Source of the DNA: the human T2T-CHM13v2.0 reference genome, Homo sapiens
Strand: one strand, 5' to 3'
DNA: 64,000 nt
NCBI RefSeq assembly: GCF_009914755.1
Contig: NC_060926.1
The notes under the pieces were generated by a model. It was given only the letters and a program-made list of their open reading frames with translations. It ran no database searches and had not been told where the DNA came from. The position numbers and the translations under genes are program-made. Positions within the stretch are counted from its first letter, which is position 1, and every line of letters starts with the position of its first letter. Positions 54,329 through 64,000 of the stretch are shown piece by piece.

Positions 54329-55015
54329 TATTTTTTTATTTTTTTATTTTATATATATATATATTTATTATACTTTAAGTTCTAGGGTACCTGTGCACAA
54401 CTTGCAGGTTTGTTACATATATATACATGTGCCATGTTGGTGTGCTGCACCCATTAACTCATCATTTACATTAGGTATATCTCCTAATGCTATCCCTCCC
54501 CCTCCCACCACCCCACAACAGGCCCCGGGGTGTGATGTTCCCCTTCCTGTGTCCAAGTGCTCTCATTGTTCAAATCCCACCTATGAGTGAGAACATGAGG
54601 TATTTGGTTTTTTGTCCTTGCGATAGTTTGCTGAGAATGATGGTTTCCAGCTTCATCCATGTCCCTACAAAGGACATGAACTCATCCTTTTTTATGGCTA
54701 CATAGTATTCCATGGTGTATATGTGCCACATTTTCTTAATCCAGTCTATCATTGTTGGACATTTGGGTTGGTTACAAGTCTTTGCTATTGTGAGTAGTGC
54801 CGAAATAAACATACGTGTGCATGTGTCTTCATAGCAGCATGATTTATAGTCCTTTGGGTATATACCCAGTAATGGGATGGCTGGGTCAAATGGTATTTCT
54901 AGTTCTAGATCCCGAGGAATCGCCACACTGACTTCCACAATGGTTGAACTAGTTTACAGTCCCACCAACAGTGTAAAATGTTCCTATTTCTCCACATCCT
55001 TGCCAGCACCTGTTG
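54329..55015 (-). mobile_element. 5'-truncated primate L1 (L1PA4-6-like)
   Basis: L1PA 3'UTR 'ttattatactttaagttctagggtac'; ORF2 C-terminus (DPAIPLLGIYPKDYKS); 15-bp TSD GGAMACCGCCSTCTT with 2 mismatches. Confidence 0.96.
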
Positions 55016-55405
55016 GGACACCGCCCTCTTTAGACCTGCTTTTTCTTCTGCAGCTGCCTGAACTCCTTGATGATGCAGGCACGTCTCTTCCCATCCTGTT
55101 AGCTTCTGATGGGAAGGGATTGGGAGATATAAAATGAGACTCCTCAGAGATGTACTTTCATGGTTTAACTCAAGTGTGATCATGGACGTGCCATAATAAA
55201 ATTTCAAGAAGGAATGCTCCAGCAATTAACGGAGTGCAAACGAAATAGCCGTCAATCAGATGGTGATGGAAGAGCACAGTTGGGAAGACTTTCTAAAAGA
55301 AGTGCTATTTGGCCAACAATTTTAAGATAGAAAAGGAATTCACCAAAAAGCAGTGGGGAAGATTTGTGCATATGGGAAAAGTTATTGCAGACATAGAGCA
55401 GTCTT

Positions 55406-55550
55406 TTGTTTTGTTTTGTTTTTATTTTCTGTAGAGACAGGGTTCTCACTATGTTGCCCAGGCTGGTCTCAAACTCCTGGCCTCAAGTGATCTTCTCACC
55501 ACAACCTCCAAAAGTGCTGGGATTACAGGTGTGAGGCACTGAGTCCAGCT
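55406..55550 (-). mobile_element. FLAM_C / free left Alu monomer
   Basis: Single left monomer; TSD GAGCARTCTT. Confidence 0.9.
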
Positions 55551-55668
55551 GAGCAATCTTTGTTAGTTTGTGAAAGCACAAGCAAACCTGTGAGTAACTG
55601 TGTGTAACTTGAATTCATTAAATGTATATGTATATTTACATATTTATGCACATATGTGTATGGCCTAG

Positions 55669-56053
55669 TGAGGCAGGAGAACAAGACCTGGAGGCAGGGA
55701 ACCTAAGGACTTTCAAGAACTAAATCAAATGGAAACACTTCAGCTATGACAGGAAATATCCTCTGCATTTACATAGGGTGTACACCAAGTAAATGGCTTT
55801 GTAACTTGACTTCATTCTCTTCATTTCTATCAAGTAACCAATGGAAACCTCTAGAGGGTTTTTAAACCCCAGAACATTCTATAACAGGGCTGTTGAGCCC
55901 CTATGCTCATACCCACTCCCACCCTGTGGAGTGTACTTTTGTTTTCAACAAACCTCTGCCTTTGTTGCTTCCTTCTTTTCTTGCTTTGTTTGTGCATTTT
56001 GTTCAATTCTTTGTTCAAGACACCAAGAACCTGGACATTCTCCACTGGTAACA
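55669..56053 (+). mobile_element. MER61-family ERV1 solo LTR
   Basis: TGAGGCAGGAGAA...cttcagctatgacaggaaatatcctc...GGTAACA; 4-bp TSD CTAG. Confidence 0.9.
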
Positions 56054-56059
56054 CTAGTA

Positions 56060-56175
56060 TTGTGACTGCTACTGTGGATGTGTGTATAGTTATATATGTA
56101 CACAAATATGTGTGTGTGTCCTGGTCTTGTGACTGCTACTGTGTATGTGTGTATAATTATAGATGTACACACGTG
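56060..56175. repeat. 67-bp period tandem duplication
   Basis: ttgtgactgctactgtg.atgtgtgtata.ttata.atgtacaca at 56060 and 56127. Confidence 0.85.
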
Positions 56176-56265
56176 TACTTAGTGTTTCCTCAATAACAGT
56201 CAGCATCTTCCTGTTTTTACTCCCCACGCCCCTTGGTCTAGCATGATGCTTCATATGCAAGCAAG

Positions 56266-56666
56266 GATATTAGTCCATTTTCAAACTGCTATAAAGTGCT
56301 GTCTGAAACTGGGTAATTTATGAAGAAAAGAGGTTTAATTGACTCACAGTTCCACATGGCTGGGGAGGCCTCAGGAAACTTACAATCATGATGGAAGGTG
56401 AAGGGAAAGCAAGGCACTTTCTTCACGATCATGGTGGAAGAGATTCAGGCAAGTCTCATGTGGCAGCAGGCAAGAGAGAGAGAAGGGGTAAGTCCCAGAC
56501 ATTTATCAAACAACCAGATCTCATGAGAACTCCCTTGCTGTCAGGAGAATAGCATGGGGAAATCACCTCTATGATCCAATCACCTCCCACCAGGTCCCTC
56601 CCTCAATACCTGGGGATTACAATTTGAAATGGGATTTGGATGGGGACACAAAGCCAAACCATATCA
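56266..56666 (-). mobile_element. THE1D/MSTA-type MaLR solo LTR
   Basis: 'gggtaatttatgaagaaaagaggtttaattgactcacagttcc...agccaaaccatatca'; near-TSD gcaag/acaag. Confidence 0.92.
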
Positions 56667-57423
56667 ACAAGGTTTTGGAACTTAACATTTCTTTTGCAAA
56701 TAAGCTTTTATTCTCTTCATAGAGAGACCTTGAGTATATCTCTGAAATCTTTGAGTAAGAAAGCAGAATAATAAGGGTTTTTTATATTAAGTAAGTTAGA
56801 TTCTTGAGCCTCGTGAGAAAATTGTATCTGAACTATCCACAAATATTCTGCTGTTTCAATAAAACGGCATGCCTTCACCACAGTCTACCTGCAAAGTACA
56901 TTTCAAGGTAAATCCTGTAGGCTATAGGGATTTTTGAATGTTCTTTTAACAGATTATTCTATTATATGCCCCCTCTTGGTGTGGCAATCAGTGTGATATG
57001 TACTATCACAATTAAAAATTAACAAAAAAATTTACAAGAAATAAAATGATTTGGTGGATGTTTCCTTTGTATAGCAGTTTGCAAAATGTATTCTGCTGTG
57101 GGCTCTTGAAATAGATATTTTATGAACAGGTATAAAATTCTCAGGCCTGTCATGTACAATTGCTACAATTGATTTGTTAAATGGCTGCCATTTTACTTGG
57201 GAAAATATTTGTGTTGTTTTTTCTGCTGATAGCAAAGCTCCATGCCAGGAAGGCATTTGCTCATTCCTTGGAGCTGGCCTCACAAAACAATTCACAGCAA
57301 AATTAAAGCAACTTAAGAAGAAACTTGAAAATCAGAACAACCATGTGCTTAAGCAGGAGAAGACCCACTAATGTAAAACGGAGACAAAAAGCCCTAATTA
57401 AATGCCGAATCAAACCAACTCTA

Positions 57424-57479
57424 CTTTCCTTTTTCTTTTTTTTCTTTCTTTCTTTTCTTTTTTCTTTTTCTTTTTTTTT
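57424..57479. repeat. T-rich polypyrimidine tract ending in TAG|G
   Basis: About 55 nt of pure pyrimidine, read directly. Confidence 0.9.
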
Positions 57480-57675
57480 AGGGAGAGAGTTTTAACCTTT
57501 TAGTGATTCCCTTATTCTGAGAAACAAAAGAGAGGGAGTTGCAGAGCACAGAACTCTGCAGACAAAATGTCCCAAATTTCCACCTTCTATTCAGCAAAGG
57601 GGACGAGGAAAAGAGGATTTTACCCAACCTATATGTAGGGATTGTTTTCTTAAACTACTGACAACAGTGCCAGAG

Positions 57676-58063
57676 AAAACCCACGCTGAACGCCTCCTTT
57701 TGACTTTCTCATCGGGAGTCTTCTCTTACCCGTCAGATTCTGGTCCAGAAGTCCCCCCTGGCAGCTGTCACCCTACGGATTTGCAGAGATGAACTCTCTT
57801 ACTGGGCCTCCAGTGGAAGTGAGAAGGAAGCTGATTTCTGCAGAGGAAGACAGGGAGATGACAGGTTTCTTTGATAGATGTTTGAATTTTGTTTTTCTAG
57901 GGCAAGGCAACTCATTTGGTGGACATAACAGGCAATCTGGTCTCCACACAGACAATCCAGATGGTTGTTACGAGTTGAGAGGAGCTGGCCATCGGGAGGC
58001 TCAGGCCAGCTCTTTTATTACAGACAATCTTCTCCCCACAGTCTGCAAGCTGCATGGTTTCCT
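57676..58063 (-). ncRNA. CASC8: Tentative terminal exon of lncRNA CASC8
   Basis: Minus-strand acceptor ...tttaaacacgcagtccttcag| at 58064-65 is seen in the sequence. The gene identity and left boundary come from unverified recall of 8q24.21. Confidence 0.3.
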
Positions 58064-58416
58064 CTGAAGGACTGCGTGTTTAAAAATTCAAACATCCATA
58101 CGACTCTTTATTTTCAAAAATTAAGTGCTACATAGAAGTATGCTAAACTCAAGGCCATGAAATACTATCCAGTTTTGCCATCTTCCTAAGGCAAAATGCT
58201 CATGAGTTGGAAGCATGGGACACATTAATCAACATAGAGCTAATCCTGGCTCTGACCTTAGCTCACTGTATGGCCTCAGACCACTCACGTCTCTTCTCTG
58301 GATTTTATCCACCTCCAAGTGTAAATAGTCTTGGGTCCCTATCAGTTTTGACAGAAAATGATAGGTTTAATTCAATAAGTCTGTCTCAATTCGAATCACT
58401 GGGTTTTTAATTAGTA

Positions 58417-59107
58417 CAGTAGTCTTTCCTTAATTACAGGGGATACATTCTAAGACACCCTGTAGGTGGCTGAAACCACAGGCAGTACTGACCCTATTGC
58501 CATCAAGTGGAACATGTTTCGGTTCATGTCTTCTATCCACAAATGTAGAGCCTTTTTCATTTTAACTAAGCACTTAACACGCACCGCAGCTGTAACTTTT
58601 GCAGTTTGAGGTGTGACAGCAAAACTAGCATGAATTTCTTTTTTTCTTCACAATTTCTTGAGTAGAAGACTGAATCTTAGCAGCCTCAGCACACAATTTT
58701 TTTTCTTTCCTGAAGCCGAGAACTTTCCTCTTTTCACTTAAAGTCAGCACTCTATGGCTTCTGTTTAGTACATCGACGTTGCCAGCATTACTACTCTTGC
58801 GCTCCAGGACCATTATGCAGTAAAATCAGGGTGATCTGAACACAAGCATGGTGGCACCACCATAGTCGATCTGATCTCTGAGGTTGCTGCTCAGTGAGTC
58901 ATGAGTGGGGAGCATGGATAGCGTGGATCCGCTGGACAGAGGCTGATTCACTTCCCAGGTGAGATTTCACTCACATGACGCAGGACAGCGAGCAATGTAA
59001 ATTTCTGAATTGTTTATTTCTGAAATTTTCCATGGACTATTTTAGACCACAGTTAACCAAGGGTAACTGAAACTTTGGAAAGCGACCCCTAGAAGCGAGG
59101 ACTATGG
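58417..59107 (-). mobile_element. MER44 (Tigger7-derived) DNA transposon
   Basis: TA+CAGTAGTC terminus; minus-strand transposase N-terminal remnant (RKSSNAGN...VLTLSEK) at 58625-58813. Confidence 0.85.
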
Positions 59108-59464
59108 CATGCACTAGATGCCGGAAACTGACAGCTACATGCTACATGCTCTCAGGGAACTCAAAAAATGCACTACTATCATCTGTATTTTAACCTTGAT
59201 ACTAAGTGTAATTTTTAACAGTGTGAAGCCAAAAAAGAGGACTTGAAAAATCATAGACATTCTGAAGCACTGACTAATTAGAGGACTCAATCGACACTTC
59301 CAGAAATACCTGGAACCCAATACAATGCTAAACAATCCAAGCGCTAAGCTAGGCTAAGCCAGTTTGGCAAGGGGTGAAGGTGAAATGGGTGAAGAACCTG
59401 AGAGTGCAGAAGGAGTTAGAGAAGCTCTGTTTGCAAATGAATCTAACTACATCTTCCTTTACAG

Positions 59465-59828
59465 GAATGAACGTGGAAGTGTATCCAACTGGAAGAATAA
59501 GTCCAAACCAAGGAGATTTTGAGAGTCAAACTTAGGGAAAACCAAGAAGAAACTAAAAGTCCAGAGATTGAACCACCAAATGTAAGAACTAATCTCCTAC
59601 TAATAGGAGGAATCAACATGTTCTTTCCAACAGACCTGTAGCCTCTGATGGCACACAGTGTCACTGAGATCAGCTGGGTGGTCAGGTGTTTGAGCCACCT
59701 TGAAACACCAGCAGCTGAGGAAAAGAGCTCCTGCTGCACCTGCTGGGAGCGGTGGGGTTGGGGCTTCCCACTTCCCGAAGCCCTGGAAAAGGGCACCCAG
59801 ACATTTTACAGAATCCTTGAGATGGAAG
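59465..59828 (+). ncRNA. Candidate exon(s) 59465-59581 and/or 59634-59828
   Basis: CTAAC branch point + pyrimidine tract + CAG|G; donors AAT|GTAAGA and AAG|GTGAGT; second acceptor ttctttccaacag. Confidence 0.4.
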
Positions 59829-60062
59829 GTGAGTTTTCCAGGCCATTCCACAGGTTAAGCCTGCTGGCTGATTCAGCCATACAGGAGAGTTTGCCTGGGA
59901 ATGGATACCCCAGTGGCTGCTACTTTGACTGATAAAGCAAGCCCAGGAAGATGGTTGAGAATAGTTTGTGCACTCCGATTATCTCTGACATTTTCCCAAC
60001 TCATAGTTGGAGCAGAGCTATGACAAAGGCATGCATGTTGCTAGTGCAGACATCCTCTTGGC

Positions 60063-60437
60063 TGTTAAGGGCTGAATTCTGTACCCCCACGTTCATATGT
60101 TGAAACCCTAACATCCAATATCTCAAAATGTGCCTGTGGAGACAGGGCCTTCAAAGAGGTTGCTGAATTAAAATTTGGTCATATGGGTGGGCCTAATCCA
60201 ATCTCACCTGTGTGTTTATAAAAGGAGATTAGAACACAGACACGCCAGGGGGAAGACCATGTAGGGAAACAGGGCAAAGGAACTGCCTGCAAGCAAGAGA
60301 GAGGCCACAGAGGGAACCAACTCCGCAGACATTTCGATCTCGGGCTTCCAGCCTCCAGAACTATGAGACAATACATTTCTACTGTTTAGCCACCCAGTCT
60401 TCATACTTTGTTACAGGGGCCCTAGCCACCTGTAGAC
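60063..60437 (+). mobile_element. MLT1A0-like MaLR solo LTR
   Basis: 'gggctgaattctgtaccccc...ttcatatgttgaaaccctaac...cttccagcctccagaactatgaga'. Confidence 0.88.
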
Positions 60438-60638
60438 CAGCATAGGGTCAAAAAGCTGTCATGACCAAGTGCCCACACTGGGTCAGCAGTCCCAGAAGCA
60501 GTATCAGAATCATCTGTGCAGATAAAACTCTGAAGTCCAAGAAAGAGCCATTGGCACACAAATAAGACCAGAACAAATCAGGGAACCAGGTGATGACCTT
60601 TACTGTCAGAGATCCGTGTATACAGTACAGTCAGCTGA

Positions 60639-60818
60639 CAAGAGGGCTCTCAATCGTGGCCACATATTTGAATCACCTGGGGAGCTGTTAAAACCCATGA
60701 CACTAGGTCACAACCTAGACAAATGAAATCGGAATCCCTGGAGGGTGAGACCCAGGCATCAAGAAGGATTTAAGATCTCTGCAAGATTCAAATAGGCAGC
60801 CAAAGTTGAGAACAGCTG
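60639..60818. mobile_element. MER5A-like hAT-Charlie MITE
   Basis: 'gaatcacctggggagctgttaaaa...aaatcggaatccctggagg...caaagttgagaacagctg'. Confidence 0.8.
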
Positions 60819-61599
60819 GCTTAAAGAGATTACGAGACTTTGTTACAGTATCTCAGCACGGATTACATTTCAATTTAGTTCTTTGCTATTATTCTTATCC
60901 TCTGAAATGTTTACACCACACGACGGCCTATCACTGGCTCTGAATTTTATATCATAATCACATAATAGGTTCCTCACTTAAGTTGTAGACATAGGCAAAA
61001 CTTTTCTTGTTTTTGATGTAAGATAAAGGGAGAGAATGACTGGAGCAAAACAAAAATAAGATAATACAAAATAAGTCATGGGGTGGCATCACATTTTAAG
61101 AGTCTTCATTTATGACAAAAGCACAAGCTTATTTGTTGGGGACATAACTTTTGCCATTTTTCCTCCTTGACTGTTTAAGCTCGCAGCAATTTTATAGCTC
61201 GCTGTACAGGCTAAGGCTTTTGGTGCCTTTCTTTTTTAAGCTGTGTCAAAATACCTTTAAGGAAAAAAGATGATTTGAAAGGTATAAACCCAACGAAAGT
61301 AATAGCACAGTTACAGTTTTTGTGTTTGGGCAGATTTTAAGACATTTCTATGTATTTTTCTGACACAATGGATCCTAAGGACTGCCGTAGACGTAGATTA
61401 GTCTGATTTTAGGCCATTGCTTTGCAGCATTATGCAGTTTTTATCTGAAAGACGTTTCAAGAGGGGGAGCTAGTTAGCTAATTAATTAGAGATTGTGACT
61501 TAAATTTTTCAGACAAGAGATACTTTCCGAGTTTAAGGAGAACCCGAAGAAAGCTGCGTTTCTGTATCCGTGCCATGGGAAGTCTCCTGTCCTGTTTCC

Positions 61600-62280
61600 A
61601 CTCTGCCTTCTCCATAAAGCAGGCTGATTATCAGGGCCCTCACACAAGCCCAGCGTGGTAGCTGATTAAGGCTTGACAAGCAAAAAGCAAACAGGATTTC
61701 TAATCATGTGTCTCATAGAAATGGAGCCACAAAAACCCAAAGAATTGCCATTACACCCCAAGTCATGCAATTTAGAGCAACTCAGGAAATAGGTGCACAC
61801 AAGCAAACCATGTGGTTAAAGCCTTTGGAACTGGTTTGAGCAAAGCTGTAGGTGATTTGACAAAATCATCTGCAAAACCAGATTTCTAACACCTCCCTGC
61901 TGTGTATCTCATTTCTGCTGATGTGTGGTGCTTCATAAGATGGGGACGTTAAGCATGCAGCAACTACAGTCATTTGTTCTCAGAGGTGAGTGTTGCAGTT
62001 ATTTTTATTACTTTTTCTCTTCTTTACTCTATTCCTTGCCTCTCGCCAGACATTCCTTAAACCACCTATCAACTCTCCCCTCACAGTCTTCCTTTTCTGT
62101 CTGCATTCTTTTTTTGAACCCAAATCTAACTTAGCTGCTTTTGTGGTTTTTCTATTCACTTTGTCAATTTCTCCCTTGGTTAGAAAATAAATTCCTGTGC
62201 ACACTCACACCTATGCAAGGGCTGCTCTCAGACATAGCAGGAGGCCAACTTCAGCCTCAGCCTCTTGAGCAAACATTCCC
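61600..62280. promoter_or_regulatory. Epithelial enhancer/promoter-like motif cluster
   Basis: FOX AAGCAAACA 61685, ETS CAGGAAAT 61783, RUNX TGTGGTT 61811/62142, GRHL AACTGGTT 61829, TEAD CATTCC 62051/62274, all in repeat-free sequence. Confidence 0.55.
61940..61985 (+). CDS. Candidate first coding exon of a small spliced ORF (MGTLSMQQLQSFVLR|G, phase 1)
   Basis: AAGATGG strong Kozak context; open frame to GAG|GTGAGT donor. No homology recognised, and it may be a non-coding exon. Confidence 0.25.
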
Positions 62281-62300
62281 AAGAGGGAAGAGCAACATGG

Positions 62301-62326
62301 GTGTGTGTGTGTGTGTGTGTGTGTGT
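62301..62326. repeat. (GT)13 microsatellite
   Basis: Read directly. Confidence 0.97.
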
Positions 62327-62517
62327 ATTGTGTTTATTTGTATGAAATGTCAATAGGGCATACTAATAGCTTGTGAACAAGTATCTATATCAAGATAGAC
62401 AACCCCAATACATTCGACATGTTGAATATTTAACATGAATCACACATTTCTTGTGAATTGTGAGCAATATAGTTGTACTTATGTGTATAGATATGTGTAC
62501 ATTTATACATGTATATA

Positions 62518-62547
62518 TATAAGGTACTCTCTATAGAGTACCTTATA
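62518..62547. repeat. Perfect 13-bp inverted repeat with 4-nt spacer
   Basis: TATAAGGTACTCT-ctat-AGAGTACCTTATA. Confidence 0.95.
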
Positions 62548-62620
62548 GCTTACAAAGTGATTTCAAGTACATTTTCTCACTTGACCTAGAAGAGAGAATA
62601 AGTAGAATGTGCACATCTTA

Positions 62621-62968
<348 letters not shown>

Positions 62969-62984
62969 GATGGTAGATGGAGTG

Positions 62985-63260
62985 TGACAGTTTGTGTTGG
63001 CATTTTGGCTTGGCAGAATTAAAGCCTAAAGTGCAGGGCCAAAAAGAGCCAGATTTGCAGCCTAGCTTCACCACTCCCTAACCATATTGCACTTGGGCAT
63101 GTTCCTTAATCTCTCTATGTCTCTGAAACAAGAGGAAAAATCTCTTAGAGTTATTTGTGCAGAGTGAGCTACGATGTGTAAAATGATAGCCATTATAGCA
63201 TGCACGTGAGCATGTACTATTAAACATAAGCAATCATTTGTGAAGCATGTTGAGATGCAC
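62985..63260 (+). mobile_element. MIR
   Basis: 'cttgggcatgttccttaatctctctatgtctc' core. Confidence 0.6.
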
Positions 63261-63696
63261 ATTGTCTAGCACCCCTGAGCCACCTTGGCTGTCCCGTAGC
63301 AGTCCCCAAGAGTCCTTTTCTAACATGGTTATGCCAGAATAATTTGGTTAGTTCAGGTGGGGTGAGCACAGTGGGGCAGGAACTGTGTCTAGTGGTTGCT
63401 GGGCAGTTTTGCACCTGGAGCTAGCACAGTCAGTTTTGTTGCACAAATGTGTGCCAAGCACTTTTCATAGGTCAGAAGCTAGAGAATAGTGTGCTTGTAA
63501 GCAAGCAATGAGAAATAAGATGGGAGCTCTTATTGGGGTTCCCTAGCTTCACCATCTTCAGTAACTTCCATCTTTGGTTCTGGCGGGCTTTTCTGAAGGA
63601 CAGAACAGAAGCCCATGATAAAGGTGGGGTTGAGAATTCAAAAGAGATCTTTAGAAGTAGAACAGGGCCAGGGCCCATGTTAAGATTGAACTTTAA

Positions 63697-64000
63697 GGCC
63701 AGGCACGGTGGGCTCACACTTGTAATCCAGGAACTTTGGGAGGCCAAGGTGGGAGAATTGCTTGAGGCCAGGAGTTCAGGACCAGCCTGGACATCATAGT
63801 GACCCCCTATCTCTGCTAAAATAAAAATTTAAAAAAATTAGCCAGGCATGGTGGTGCACATCCATAGTCCCAGCTACACAGGAGACTGAAGAGAAAGGAT
63901 CACTTGAGCCCAAGAAGTTGAGGCTATAGTGAGTTGTGATCATGCCACTGCACTCCAGCCTGGGGGACAGAGCAAGACACTGTCTCCAGAGACAGAGAGA
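63697..64000 (+). mobile_element. AluJ (tail runs off the window)
   Basis: 'gcttgaggccaggagttc', 'cacttgagcccaagaagttgaggctatagtgag'. Confidence 0.95.

Noticed and set aside
54312-54938. 122-aa ORF with high similarity to the L1 ORF2 C-terminus
   Set aside because: Part of a ~690-bp truncated L1PA copy with no promoter or upstream ORF.
58625-58813. ORF resembling a CENP-B/Tigger transposase N-terminus
   Set aside because: Short degenerate remnant inside a non-autonomous MER44 element, not a domesticated TIGD gene.

Overview
Human (primate) genomic DNA from a gene-poor region. It contains Alu J/S/Y, L1PA and older L1M fragments, L2, MIR, MaLR/ERV solo LTRs (MLT1, THE1/MST, LTR7, MER4, MER34/39, MER57, MER61, LTR33) and hAT/Tigger DNA transposon relics. 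There is no CpG island and no recognisable conserved protein-coding exon; the long ORFs in the track come from repeats. The unique sequence holds many regulatory motifs: a full CTCF site with upstream module, an RFX X-box, GRHL/FOX/RUNX/TEAD/TCF/AP-1 clusters and a CCAAT-GC-TATA arrangement. It also holds a chain of well-formed + strand splice-site pairs typical of multi-exon lncRNA models. From unverified memory, the locus looks like the 8q24.21 MYC gene desert between CCAT1 and POU5F1B (CASC21 5' part, CASC8 3' end); a BLAT search is needed to confirm this. The best candidate for something undescribed is a strong-Kozak ATG exon (MGTLSMQQLQSFVLR|G, 61940-61985) ending in a consensus splice donor inside an epithelial enhancer-like motif cluster, with a second same-phase ORF exon 2 kb upstream. 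Together they may be a spliced micropeptide unit. Repeat subfamily names were assigned by eye and boundaries of old elements are approximate.
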